A DNA stretch of 64,000 nt from Eledone cirrhosa (taxonomy: Eukaryota): the NCBI GenBank assembly GCA_964016885.1, contig OZ024751.1, positions 25,792,001 to 25,856,000 of the forward strand, read 5' to 3'. This document shows, piece after piece, positions 29,407 to 45,288 of the stretch. Numbering within the stretch: position 1 is the stretch's first letter; every line of letters begins with the position of its first letter. A program made the translations under genes and the position numbers. The notes under the pieces are model-generated. The model searched no databases. It saw nothing but the letters and a program-made list of their open reading frames with translations, and was not told where the DNA came from.

Positions 29407-29750
29407 TGGTACTTTATTTTATCGACCCCGTAAGGATGAATGGCAAAGGATTTGAACTCAGAATGTAAAGGGCTATAACTCCATTCCGCAAAGCATAGTG
29501 TCCGACGCTCTAACTTTGCCTTTCATCCTTACGGGGTCGATAAAATAAAGTACCAGTAATACACTGGAATAATTGCTGGCCTTGTACCAAAAGTAGAAAC
29601 AATTATTATACGAGGATTGGCAGTATCGGTAGAGCGTCAGACACCATGCCTTGCAGGATATAGTATTGGCCCTTTACGTTCTGACATCAAATCCCTCCGA
29701 GGTTAACTTTGCCCCTTCGGGGTCGATGAAATAAAGTACCAGTAATGCAC
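29407..29750. mobile_element. Cluster of three SINE family A fragments in both orientations
   Basis: Minus 29407-29510, plus 29511-29607, plus 29615-29750. Confidence 0.8.
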
Positions 29751-31377
29751 AAACACACACAAACAAACACAAACACACACACATACACAATCATACAGAG
29801 ACACACTCACATAGGCGCACACATGCACACACAGACACACACTGAAACACACACAGACACATAGACATATACCTAGACACACATTTACACAGGCACATAC
29901 ATACTCAAATATACACAGACACACATATACACATACATACTCAAATATACACAGACACACATATACACAAACATACACAAACATGCACAGACACACATAT
30001 ACACAAATATACACAGACACACATATACACAAACATACACAAACATGCACAGACACGCATATACACAAACATACACAAACATACACAGACACACATATAC
30101 ACATACATACTCAAATATACACAGATACACATATACACAAACATACACAAACATACACAGACACACACAAATAGACACATACAGACACACATACACAGAC
30201 AGAATTGATCCGCAAATACATGCGGCCAATTTCCAAAGTTAGATATCATGTATCGATAGAGGAAAGAAAGAAGAAATAAAGAAGAAAAAAAAAGGAATAA
30301 TTGCAGAGTTACGTTAGTTTCTGTTCTGAGTTCAAATCATGTTGGGGGCAAATTTCTCTGTAACCCTTTCTACGGTTTACATAACCCACTGTTTTCCTAT
30401 CCCGTAGTTTGTTAAAACACCTAACTTCCAGCCATACACTGGTGATAATTCAACTGGCCACACACACATATACACATTACAGACACACATACTTACACAA
30501 ATGCACATGCCCATATACAGGCACACATATTTACACAAAAACACACACGTACAGATAGACGTGATCCACTAACATGTATGGCCCTGTACCAAGATCAAGA
30601 TCATTTATCGATAAAATTAGAGGAAGGAAGGGAAAAAGTAATTAAATAAAGGAAAAAAAGAAGAAAACAACAATAAATAAATAAATGAAAAGAAAGGAGA
30701 AAAAAATGGAAGAAAAGAAGGAAATAAAGGATGATATTAAAGAATGAAGATATAGAAAGACAGAAGGGATGGCTGCCTATCTTATTGGAAAGTCTTTCAT
30801 CCTTGAAAATGGTGTTTGCTGCCTTACAACATATAACAGACACGGCAAATATTGGCATCAAATATCATATTTCTGTAGAACAGAGATAATGAATAGAAAA
30901 ACATCAATGACTACAACAACAACATCAACAGCAATAACAACAACAAAAAACAACAACAGCAACAATATAAGAACTAGCAGCACAAGAACAGGAATATGAA
31001 TTTGAAAAATAAGTTGAAACAAACAAAAATCAAAAGAATATTTCAAACAAAATGAATGAAAAGTGTAAAGTAAGGCATGAATGAAGATATAGAGAGATTT
31101 GCTCAAAATAAATAAAAGACATATTGGGGAAAATAACCAAAAGAAAATGGCGTCAGATCTGAAACAATAAATTTTAAAATTATGTTGTCTTTGCACTTAA
31201 CGTTTAATTTTTGAAAACTGATAACATTATTGTTTTTGTTTTTGTTATTGTTTTGCAGAGATTGTGTTATTTGTTTGTTTTAGTTTGTTTTTGTTTGCTT
31301 TTGTTATTTTCTTTGGTGACAGCTTTTGTCGCCGTTTGTACCTCAATGTTATGGATGGGAATTATGGGACAATATAC

Positions 31378-31712
31378 TGTTGCTGTTGTCGTTGTCGTCG
31401 TTGTTGTTGTTGTCGTTGTCGTTGTTGTTGTTTTTGTTGTTGTTGTTGTCGTCGTTTTCGTTGTTGTTTTTGTTGTCGTTGTTGTTGTTGTTTTTGTTGT
31501 CGTTGTTTTTGTTGTTGTTGTTGTTTTTGTTGTCGTCGTTGTTGTTGTTGTTGTTGTTTTTGTTGTCGTTGTTTTTGTTGTTGTTTTTGTTATCGTTGTT
31601 CTTTTTGTTGTCGTTGTTGTTGTTGTTGTTTTTGTTGTCGTTGTTTTTGTTGTCTTTGTTGTCGTTGTTGTCGTCGTCGTTGTTGTTGTTGCTGTTGTGG
31701 TTGTTGTGTTGT
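31378..31712. repeat. Imperfect (GTT)n tract
   Basis: Seen directly; similar tracts at 12511-12925 and 32148-32296. Confidence 0.97.
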
Positions 31713-32164
31713 TTTAATTGTTAATTTCTGTTTACATTCTCTGTTTATTGTTATAGTTTTTATGTTCATCATTAGTGGGAATAATGTTGATTCAAGCAGG
31801 CGTTGTTGTTATTGTTGTTGTTATTGCTGTTTAGTACTATTGTTGCTGTTGTCGTTGTTGTTATTTCTGCAGTTGGTACTATTGCTATTGTTATTGTTGT
31901 TGTTTCATTGTTGATATTTTACCTCCAGCTAACACAAAAGAGGATAGTGAACTCAGAGTTAGATTAAAAGTTGTAGTTGTTATTGTTGTTGTTGTTATTA
32001 TAGATGGGGTAGTTATTGTTTTTGTTATTGTAGATGGGGTAGTTATTGTTTTTGCACCTGATGATTTTATTATAGCCCAAGGTAAAAGACCCCCCAAAAC
32101 CTTGAATTCTAAACTCCATTGAAGCAGCTGTAGGGGCTGTTACCGTTATTGTTGTTGTTACTGT

Positions 32165-32228
<64 letters not shown>

Positions 32229-32583
32229 ACTGTTGATGTTGTTGTTGTTGCTGTTGATGTTGCTGTTGCTGTTGTTGTTGTTGTTACTGTTACTGTTTCT
32301 TTTTGTTTTTGTTTTGCCTGTACACAAACGGCAGACAACAGAAGCCGACTAAAAACTTTCCCTTTCGGAAAATCGCCAGTTGATGGATGCGAAATCCGAA
32401 ATATAGGAACAATTAAATCACTTCCAGGGTAACTCTATCTCGTGTTATTATTTTTACACTCTTTCCTACGTTCCTCTACACCCTCTACGTCTCATTATAA
32501 ATTTCCTCTTACATATCTCTCATTACTACCTGATTCTGTTGCCTGGAGATTTACCCATCTGCATTGTTGAGGCTTTCAAAACG

Positions 32584-32743
<160 letters not shown>

Positions 32744-34199
32744 AGAAAAATATGTAATTGTACAAAGAAAAGGGCAATTTTCTTCCAAAATATTATCTTA
32801 TCAGAGGAACCAAGTATTGTTTTTGCACCACCTCCCTCCTCTACACTCCTCTTCTCAGAATTAATTTATGTAAAAGAAAATATTTGACAAATCATTATAT
32901 CAATTATAGATCTCTTTAATCATACCAATTAATTACCTTTAATTACACACCTACCTTTGCTCCAGAAAAGAGCGTCTAGCATTTCAACTACTACTACATA
33001 CCTTTACCTTAAATATGAATGACCGAATATATACATAATTGGATAATAAACAGCTGAGGTATTTCAATGCTTCTCCATATCATGGTTAATATAATTGCAT
33101 TGCGACGCTTTAGAAACGGTAAATGTGTTAGATTCACCGGTGCCAAATCAAATGCGTTAAAGTAATTGGTTACACCCTTTTATGTCTTGCATTCAAATTC
33201 CATCGAAGAGTTCCGATTTTTATTTATTTATTAATTTCCTCTAGGAATCCATTGCCGAGCATGAAAGAGATAAAATAGATCACCGTTGGTTTCGACAGTG
33301 TTCCGATTATGTGGCTCAATCAAACCAACTACCAAGTGGAGAAGTATTCTACAGAAATTCTACAGTATTCCTCAGGCCAAATTGATGTTATTTTGTGCAT
33401 GACAAACTGACCTTTATAATTGCTGAAATACTCAATACACTTATTCTATACATACTAATAATAATCAAGCTTTAAAAATACATACTGGTGTTTATATGAT
33501 TGGCTGATAGACTAAAAACCCTCCATGGCATCATCTCATTGGAATAACTGAAAACAGAATAAAAGAGTATGTATGTATATATGTATGTATGTATATTTAT
33601 ATATATGTATGTGTGTATATATGTATGTATGTATATTTATATATATATGTATGTGTGTATATATGTATGTATGTATATTTATATATATATGTATGTGTGT
33701 AAATATGTATGTATGTATTTACGTATGTATGTATGTGTATATATATATGTATGTATATTTGTATGTATGCATGTTAGTATGTATGTATGTGTGTGTCCAT
33801 ATATGTACGTATGTATGGATGTATATAAAAGTAGTATCAGCAGGAGATGCTCACAGAAAAACAGTTACAAGATGAAGAGGTAGCTACTAATCTTGTTCGT
33901 CAGCCACCTTGTTGTGGAACCATTCTGTTGGTGAAATGCATGTAAGACGATAACAAAAGAAAATGTTATCGGTATCTTTCGACAAAATCAGTGATAAATA
34001 TTGAATGTATTAAGACTAGAAATTGGCATAGCAACATAACAATATTGCCCCTGAAATGTGCAACATATAACGGCTGGAATAATGGAAAAATTTAGACTTT
34101 CATTAAAAATATTTAGTTGGGTGGCGGGGCTTAATAAAATACAAAATTAGAAGTCATTTTATTGAAATCAAGCTGATAAAAATGTCCAGTCCATTCTGC

Positions 34200-35150
34200 T
34201 GAGATTTGAACTAAAACTATTTTATGCAAAGCTGGCCAATATATTTCTTTAACCAATCTACTCTATCTTTCTGCATGAATATTACGCACACATTGCGCCC
34301 TCCATATCTTTTCAAATGAGAAATTAATCCGAATCGCAGTAAATATTTGTTAATTTTCTCCTGATAGTTATTACTGTGAAAATGAAGAAAGCTTTCCTCT
34401 TGTGTAAAGAGTAGAATCTTATTTGAAGGGGCCACATTTCTCATTTATCTTCTTACTTTCCTGGTTTTCTTATTTGAAGTAATTTTATAGCACTTATGTA
34501 ATGGCGCCTGGTTAAGTATTGTCGGAAATTACCAACATCCAACATATAATCTCTCAGGTACAGAAATGAAGAGGTAATGGACGCCAATTATGGATGTAAT
34601 GTGTTGAAGAGAATACATATATATATGTTTATTCAATATTTAGTGCTTTAAGAATCCAACACAGTAATTAATTGAAAATGTTAAAATAGGAAAAAATAAG
34701 CGGCACGCAATACCAATATCACCAAAAACAGTTAAGCTAACGAACAACTAAAACTTGCGAGCTGTCAAGGTTGCGGTCATACTCCAATAAGTTTCAAATC
34801 GAACCTTCAGCTAAGGAAACATCTGGAATCATGGGTTCTCGAAGCACTCCTACCTTTACTTCATTTAGTCAGGACGGAAATGGCCATCCGTAACAACGAG
34901 CACCGCGAGTTGGACATTCTTAATTTTATTTTTATTTTGTGGGATAGCATCTATAAACTTGGCTGGTCTCACTTGTGGATCCAGCCGGATCAATTGGAGA
35001 CGCTTGCTTCTGACAGGAGAAGAAGAAAATATACATATTGTAACAATCAGTTCAACCTTTCTTTAAAGGAATTACAGCAACGAACTTCCAGTCGATTTTA
35101 TCTTTCAGATGAGGAAAGATTGCATCTATGACCTATTTTATATTGCTTAG
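34200..35150 (-). mobile_element. Highly decayed RTE-like LINE RT remnant
   Basis: Broken frames give PAKFIDAI..., VKVGVLRE... and LRFGLISHLKRY, echoing the P.KFI / V..GVRQG / LRW.GH..R motifs. Confidence 0.35.
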
Positions 35151-36382
35151 AAACGATGAAGTTATCACAGACCGTAGACCTAGTTCGAATGCTTACCACC
35201 GATAGGATTACTGCTAAAAAGCTAAATGTATCTAACGGTCACATGGATGTGTTAAAATGGATGATGGATTAAGTCAAAAACTGTATCTAGGACAATGTCC
35301 AATATCTTTTTCTATTATAAGATATTCTGCTGCATTTTGAGGAATATTTGACTGCTATTTCTAACATTTGGAGTGGTTACATCGAGACTCCTTCGGTTGT
35401 TTCAAGTATATGATTGTTTGTACTTCATTTATCATAAATACAGAAATTACTACATAATATTCCAGACAGTTCAAATGATGATAACACTCTGCTGTAAAAT
35501 AATGACATTGTACCCAATATAACTAGACATTTCTTTGTTCTTTATTCGTCTGTATTTATATGGAGTCTATAATATAGATTCTACTCATGTACAGCCATTA
35601 CATTTCTACTCCTTTACATAATTATATTGTCTTTGTTTTAATAATATCAAATCTCGCATCTAGACAATTATTCTAGACACTTTTTTTCCAATTTTCCAAC
35701 GTTTTCTAAATGAATTTCGTACGGATATTGCAATGCCAATTTTAGTGAGTTGAGATGTAGTTAAATTAGTCTTGATAGTTGAGATAGGGGAGAGAGGGAA
35801 AAGTTGAGATGGTGTTCAGGAGTGCAAATTAAAATCAATTCAACCCTACATATATTAGATTTATCCCTCCCAGAGTACAGAAAATTCCGATCGACATCGT
35901 CGGATTTGAAAAAGAGGACCGAGTGTAGTGACTGGTCTAAGTAATGTAAATGATTTACAATAGCTCTCTACTAATGGTGACGTCCTGTCTTTCACATCGT
36001 TCATTACTGGCAAAAGTTAATAAGAGGTGCTTCAGTCGCGGGATAAAAGCCCGTTCCCCAGTAATAACTAATATTAACACAAGGCCAGCAAATTTTAGAG
36101 GAAGACAGCTGATTAAACTAACTCCATCCTCACACCAATTGACTTGGAACACTATCGATTCCTTCGGCGAGTATTCCAATTATTTGGCCAGCGGAATATG
36201 ATATTAACGTCCATGGGACTGAGCATTTCATAGACACGTGCACTCTTAACGTGCACTCTTAACGTAGTTACTCTGTAACAAGACGGGCCTCTTTAAATTA
36301 CAGTTGCAACTCAAGTCCACCAGCTGAGTGGACTGGAGCAGCATAATACAAAATGTCTTGCTCAATGACAAAACGCACCATT

Positions 36383-36679
36383 TGCAGTATCGGTAGAGGG
36401 TCGGACGCCATGCTTTTACGCATAGAGTTACGGCCCTTGCCATTCTGAGTTCAAATCCTGCTGAGGTTAACTTTGCCTTTCATCCTTACGGGGTTGATAA
36501 AATAAAGTACCAGTAATACACTGGGTTATTGCTGACCTTGTGCCAAAAAGTAGAAACAATTATTTTATCAAATTCCACCGAGGTTAACTTTGCCTTTCAT
36601 CCTTACGGGGTCGATAAAATAAAGTACCAGTAATACACTGGGATAATTGCTGGCCTTTTGCCAAAAGTAGAAACAATTA
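36383..36679 (+). mobile_element. SINE family A, one near-full copy plus a tandem 3' half
   Basis: Core and tail are each present twice. Confidence 0.85.
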
Positions 36680-37784
36680 ATACTATATTGTTTAGTTAGA
36701 AAGTTTTAGTTGTGTGTTCTATTGCTAGTGCTGTCATTACATGACACTAGTAAGATTTCTTATGTATACAGTATGAAATATTCCTTTGATTGTAACCCAA
36801 CGACCTGACAGCTTAACAGATCCTCCACCTTTAACACTTGTCTAGCTTATCATTTATTTCTATGTTTATCATTTCCCTGTTCCAGTTACTTGGCTGTGAG
36901 AACATCACTTGGAACCACTTGCTAAGATTTAATCGATAACAATACTCCAGTAATAAGACTATTATTAAAAGTTTATTGTTAAGATAATTTACTAGGGAAT
37001 CCTATGTATAGAGCTCTTCAGATGTAATACAAGCAGTTGGGTTCTTTACACTGTTCAAGGACATCCTATCAAACTGTCAATCTACAATTCTCATATCCTC
37101 ATATTCTTATATTCTATAGTATTATGTTTCGTAAATCTCCTTCGTGCGTATTCAACGCGTGCTACTATATCTTATCACCGCCATATTAGTAGCGAGGGCA
37201 TCAATCAACGGTGTTTGTGAGGTGATATAACATTAAGAAAAAGATAAAGAAAGAAAGACAGTTAAGTGTTCCTTTTGCAATTAACAAGATGTTTATAGAA
37301 TGTTTCAGTCAGACATATTGTCTCTCTATTCAGATACTTGCAATCGCTATAAAAACGTACATGTATTGTACATTGTTGCTATAATGGGCCATTTTGGCAA
37401 TTTCAGCTGTCACAATTAAGTGTACTTGAAATAAAGCAAGAAGGATTTCACATTTACAGTTGATACTTCTATACTAAACAAACAACTTCCTTTACTCTCG
37501 AAAACTTGCTATAAGTAATAATTAAATACACATTAACCATTTTAAATTGTCCTTTCATAAAGTCAAAATCTGAAAGACTGTTCAGTATCTCACCTGAAAC
37601 AGTAAAAGTTCGATTTAGTGTAGACCACCCGTGGCCCGTTGGGTCACGTTCACTTCAAAATATATTTTTTTAATCATGTTCACTTAAAAATAATTTTTAG
37701 ATAATTAAAATATACACAGACATGTATATAATGGGAAATGAAACTGGAAGGCCCATATATATACGTGTGTGTGCGTATACATAA

Positions 37785-37822
<38 letters not shown>

Positions 37823-37959
37823 GTGTCTGTGATCTATATACACTGGTCATAGACACACACACCCAACGATGCCAGTTGGGGTGCCCGTAGCGGACCACAA
37901 CATCTGACAGCATACCAATGAATGCCCGACGAAACACGCGAAAATACCTCGTTACGTAT

Positions 37960-38350
37960 CTTGGATACCGCCGTCTCACCAACATGGTGAGAGTGGAGAG
38001 AGAGGTGCTACACCCCAGCAAATTCGCTGAAAGGTGGGTGAATGTGGCGAAAATGGTCCGAGGGAATGGGCCTTCTCTGTATATAAACCTGTAGGTTGAG
38101 GAAGATAAACAGGGGAAGACGGGAATACCTACAAAACGTGTTCCTGGTGTTGAGGGTTGTTCTATCCACGGGGTGTAAAACAACCCTGCAGTAACGTTCC
38201 CCCCTACTGGGGATTTCAATTGTTATTTTATTATATATAGTTTATTGTTATTTATTAATGTTAAAGTTATATGATCTTTATGTAAAACCCCCGCCGTCAC
38301 GTCTTGTAATGTCCCATTTTTGTACGCCCCTGTGGCAAATAAAGAAAGAT
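37960..38350 (+). mobile_element. Probable 3' end of an L1/Tx1-type LINE
   Basis: Plus frame ends ...VRVEREVLHPSKFAERWVNVAKMVRGNGPSLYINL* (F..RW C-terminal pattern), followed by a UTR, AATAAA and a microsatellite. Confidence 0.45.
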
Positions 38351-38356
38351 ATCTTC

Positions 38357-38398
<42 letters not shown>

Positions 38399-38407
38399 GT
38401 GTGTGTG

Positions 38408-38438
<31 letters not shown>

Positions 38439-39217
38439 GTTTCTGTGTGTGTGAAGAGATGTGATCTGGTCGTTATTTTATTACGCTTACGACCATGATA
38501 TCGTGAATTCGAGTCCTACACTAGCTAGCAACTTTTCTTCTTGAACAAAACACATTTGATTTCACGTTGCTCCAGTACACTCAGCTGAACATATGTAGTT
38601 GCTGAGGTTTGGTCCCCCGGAAGTCTTGTACTCATTGCTGCTTAAGCCCGATGAAAATTGAAACCGGGGAACAAGCACCGGCTTGATGTCTTGGAGGGAA
38701 CTAACGTTTAATATATCTGCATGTGCTTCTCTCTGTTAATATGTCAACATTTATTAAATTTATCGGCTTCATATTTTCTACATAATAGATTTAACATAGT
38801 CGAAAAGACGGACATTACAATCTTATCGAGCGATCAATCTACACTAACATTTCGGCAATAAATATTAGCATCGTTTACTCACATGTGACTTCATACATGG
38901 GATTAGAGACGAGAATATAACACATCGTTTTGCGTGGGATTAGATTTAAATATTACGTTGTTTTGTTAAAATTAATAAAAAAGAAAAAAATGAATGTAGA
39001 GCATTTCTTAAAAGAATGTTATCGGCAAATAATCAAAATGAAATGTACGGCTGATTAATCATATTTCGATGTATTTCCTTACTTCCACCATTTGAACTAT
39101 TGTTAATGTGAAACTCACAGTTATAATGCAAAAATACTTCAAATTCTAGTAAAATAAAAATATTCTACTTCATGCCTGGCGAATTTTTCAGCGGTTATTA
39201 ACACAAACGTACACCAA

Positions 39218-39334
<117 letters not shown>

Positions 39335-39600
39335 AGTAAAAGCGAAGTAGTTTCAGATGTTCAAGTCCTTTAATAATAATGCTGTGATATATATTTCAAT
39401 GACGACACTGGCCACACTGTTCTGTGTGCGAGTGTCGTGACATCATCAGACAGCTAGTTACATAATAAGGTTGTTTCCGAGGCAATCCAAATTGAATCGA
39501 CATGGGAACGGATGAAGTTCGTGCTTTTGGGTTTTTCATCCGTTCCTATGTGGAAAAAGTACGTTGAGTGCTTGAATTGAATTGCATCAATGTTTACCCT

Positions 39601-39677
<77 letters not shown>

Positions 39678-39678
<1 letters not shown>

Positions 39679-39753
39679 CAGATTAAAGTTTAAGCAAAGA
39701 ATCGCTGCTTTCACCCTTAACGGGATCTTCTGAAACTAACAAAGTCAATCTGT
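39678..39753 (-). ncRNA. Type I hammerhead ribozyme, CAGAAGA (U4A) core variant
   Basis: Minus strand reads ACAGATT-ga-ctttgtt-AGTTT CAGAAGA t CCC gttaa GGG t GAA AGCA gcgattctt TGCT T|AAACT tt AATCTGT. Stems I (with internal loop), II and III all pair by eye. Confidence 0.7.
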
Positions 39754-39947
39754 AAACGCAGAAGTGTATATTTCAAAAAACGTTGCAACCGAAGGAAGAC
39801 AGGAAGACGATACTTTGGTTCGTGGAAACTTTCCCTTCACAAAACATACAGGTAATATGTACTTACCTATGCAAATAAGTAATGGTATAAACATAACATA
39901 TACTTAGCTACCACATCAAGACGTAAAATATCCGCGTATAGATCGTA

Positions 39948-41188
39948 CTATTCGTTAGGGTATAATGTGGGGCTGTAACAGAGGAAAGTGTTGTGCAATT
40001 TGTGTTTACAAGCCGAAATTGCCTCAGATTTTTTGTTTAAAATGTGGTCTGTGGCGTAGAGTATTTCCAGGGCCTCAGCGGCACAGAGATCACATGATCT
40101 TTTATTTCCGTTATACGATCTAGCCCTAGCTAGGATCTCCCAGTGTAACTTATATTGGGTGGGGTTGTCTTTTAGACTCCAGATATAAGCTGAAAGTGAT
40201 GTCATATTCCTTCTTAGAGGGTAACGAAAAGAATGGTATGCATGTAAAGACGCTGCTTGAATCTATTGGCGATTAACCCTATGTAAGCCCTACGGGACGT
40301 GGGTGTTTCAACCTTACATTTGTAGACAATGTTACTAGAGAGGCATTTCCCGGATAGGGGGCAATCAACCCGATTCCTACAATTACAGTTAGTACTAACT
40401 ACAGGGTTGCACGTGTTCCTACGGCTAGATAGTTTAGCTAAATTTGAAGCTGTGATGTTATGTGCAAGGTTAGGAGTCGTAGAGTAAGAAATTTTAATAG
40501 TATTTCTATTAAAAATGTTACTATATTTATGTGTAGGGGGAAAATGCTTCGTAATAAGGGATAGAAAGATCTTAGCTAATGGTGTGGCCACCTCCATATT
40601 ATATGGTGGGTTATACCATATAATGCGTCGGGATTTATTACTTCTAGGTCTACTCTCGTACTCTGTATATGCTACCTTATCGACAAATCCACTCCGAGCA
40701 AGAGCTTCATTGTAATATGTGGAATGGTCGTTGAAAATATGCTCGTTAGTAGATAGACGGGAAAGCCTCAACGAAATGTTTCTTACCAGGTTCTTGGTTA
40801 TGCTAGATGGATGGTTGGAATGCTTACTTATGTAATTAAGCGTATCATACGGGTAATACAAGCCATTCGATAAATTGAGGGTAACATCGAGGTAATTAAC
40901 GACCGAGAGGTTGGCCTCAACCTGTATAGAGAGGTTGAAGCCTTTAAAGAAGGCTGTGAATTCTTTTCTGAACCTGTCGCAAGCACGAGGGCCGCATTTA
41001 GTCATGGTCAAAAGACCATCATCACGGTACAAACCACCGCCCGCGTTGGGGAATTCATCCTTGATAGGGAAAAGAAGGAAAAGGCCGATAAGATCAGTAA
41101 CCTCCGCAGAATCGCTGGCGCCCATACTCACGTCGAATGGGGTACTATTGGATTTTTTAATGCAAATAGAGTCGTCGAAATTAATCAC
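39948..41188 (-). pseudogene. PLE RT/GIY-YIG ORF, truncated and frameshifted
   Basis: Two ORF-track frames are joined by a single-base frameshift; the N-terminal RT is missing. Confidence 0.88.
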
Positions 41189-41196
41189 CGACTTAC

Positions 41197-41227
<31 letters not shown>

Positions 41228-41242
41228 TTATATATATATATA

Positions 41243-41370
<128 letters not shown>

Positions 41371-41414
41371 TTTAGGAATAACCAAAGAGTGCTTAGAAAT
41401 ACATTGTTTTATTT

Positions 41415-41459
41415 GCTAACAATGTTTCATCCATACCCTATGGCAGGGTTCATCAGAGC
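41415..41459 (-). ncRNA. Hammerhead-like motif inside fold-back insert 41367-41592
   Basis: GCT CTGATGA accctgccatagggtatggat GAAACATTGTT|AGC; stem II pairing is ambiguous. Confidence 0.5.
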
Positions 41460-41689
41460 TTATAAACAGAAATATATCAAACGTTGCAGGCTCATTCGAG
41501 CTCAGTCATCAGAACAAGGAGAAATGACAAGTAGGGGGGTTCCAAGGACAGTGCTATATTTCTAAGCACTCTTTGGTTATTCCTAAACTTATTACGACTC
41601 TGTAGTATACTAGCTATCATACATTGAGCTAAAACCACACTGCACATTAATATACTTGTCAACGAATCTATATATATATATATATACAC

Positions 41690-41729
<40 letters not shown>

Positions 41730-41793
41730 ATACGAGCACACACACACACGCACTCACAGATCTCTCTCGAGCTCTCTCTATATATATATATTT

Positions 41794-41914
<121 letters not shown>

Positions 41915-41985
41915 TGTGTGTGCGCGTGTGTGTGTGTGTGTGAATTTTTAAAAATGGTGATGATACACTACAAGGAATGATACGA

Positions 41986-43165
<1,180 letters not shown>

Positions 43166-43716
43166 TTACTTTATTATTGTCATTCCCTAACGCCTACATT
43201 GCAACATGAAAGACTGTACGAGAGAGAGATAATGAAAGAGAGAGGCGTAGTTATAGCTAGATAGCGAGAGAGAGAGAGGGGGGATAGATAAGAGAGGAGA
43301 GGGGAAGGGAGAAAGAAATGGGGTAAGTAACTGGACGACATTTGAAATGAAGCTAGTATCATTAATCCTTTATAAATATGATACTGCAATCTTAGATAAA
43401 ATTCAATAGATTCTCCTTTGGTTCTATGACACAATATGGCCGTCACTAGCATCGTCATGATTTGCTGGATTTGTATAAAACCCACTCCAAACATGCTATC
43501 ATCTGCCTGATGCTCATTGCCAAAAGGAAGATACAGCTATTCTATGATTCTGAGATAAACTTTGCATTTCATCTTTCTCTGGTTGAGAAACTAAAGTACC
43601 AGTCATGTACTGATTCGGTATAATCGACTTTCCCATATCTTTAAAATTGCTGGCCTTGTAACTAAATAAGAAGCCTTCAAGAAGTTCATTGATGGTTTAA
43701 CATCTCACATACTATT

Positions 43717-43794
<78 letters not shown>

Positions 43795-43825
43795 AAAGAA
43801 TAGAGGTGTAACACACGAGTTATGA

Positions 43826-44215
<390 letters not shown>

Positions 44216-44595
44216 CTTGGGGAGGGTCATATTTGTGTAATAATATTGCCAGAATTAATAACAGAACACACTCACTGTTTGGTTGGTTTTCGCTTCTGTA
44301 TCTTTTATATCAGTTAATTTAATTTATTCGGTCCTCACTGTTTACCATTGACTAACCAACGGTCAAAAACAGATATAATATAGACACGAACACATATATA
44401 TAGTCTAACAAAGTTCTTTCGTTGCATATCTGCAACATCGTCCGTGGTGCTATTATGTTTCCTCCTGTTGTATTGGATGTCTACGCCATCTTTATTTAAT
44501 CTGTTTATTTATTTAGTCAATGCTATATCAAGCGTTAACCTAATATATACCTTCCATATACTGTACCGATTGTGTTGTTATTTCTGTTTACCTTT

Positions 44596-44717
<122 letters not shown>

Positions 44718-45071
44718 TTTTACTGTTATTTTGTATTATCTATTTTATTAACGTTGTTAGTTGTTTCCGACAGGCCAACCAAATGTTCTTTGGTTTTAAA
44801 ATATGACATTAGCAACGGAACTCGGGTGGAATAATTGTTACAAGGTGCGGTATTTTGTTTGTTTTCTTGCCGTTGTGTACATCATTAACCGACATAGTTG
44901 GTGACTTTATCATTGACACAGTAGCAGAGTTACTGTGGAACTGTGTCAATGAATACGTCACGGAGAATGCACAATAATATTTGAGATGAAGAAATATATA
45001 TATTTGCTGTTGAAACTAAAGCTTTTATATCGTGGAAATGTCATTTTAGTCCTATAAAACCCATTAATAAT

Positions 45072-45288
45072 GGTTTCCTATATTAGCACAAGGCCAGCAA
45101 TTTTAGGGGAGGGGAAAGTCGATTAAATCGACCCCAGTGCGTGACTGGTACTTTACTTTATCAACCCAGTAAGGATGAAAGGCATAGTTAACCTCGGTGG
45201 GATTTGAACTCAGACCGTAAAGGGCCGTAACTCTATGCTGAAAAGCATGGCGTCTAACTCTCTACCGATACTGCCAATCCACTGCCCA
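45072..45288 (-). mobile_element. SINE family A, long variant with extra GTCGATTTAATCGAC hairpin segment
   Basis: Head and core as in family A, plus about 30 extra bp. Decayed relatives at 527-655, 43545-43670 and 62085-62217. Confidence 0.85.

Larger units (their letters stand above)
39678..41188 (-). mobile_element. 5'-truncated Penelope-like retroelement (PLE; Naiad-like): RT C-terminal half + GIY-YIG endonuclease + 3' pLTR with hammerhead
   Basis: ORF 40214-41188 has PLE RT motifs (VSMGASDSAEVTDLIG, YRDD, YLDVTL, YISKHSNHP, WYNPPY), a Cys linker CNCRxxxxCPLSGKC and GIY-YIG (NIVY...AYIG...FKQR..H). One frameshift near 40235 leads into 39948-40205 (TSLSAYIW...CDLC..E...LNKKSE...CKH). Flanked by (TA)n and (TAA)n/(TA)n. 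Clade assignment is from remembered motifs only. Confidence 0.9.

Noticed and set aside
39948-41188. Selenoprotein-type Naiad (in-frame UGA plus SECIS)
   Set aside because: The conserved Cys positions are ordinary Cys codons, and the only break is a frameshift.
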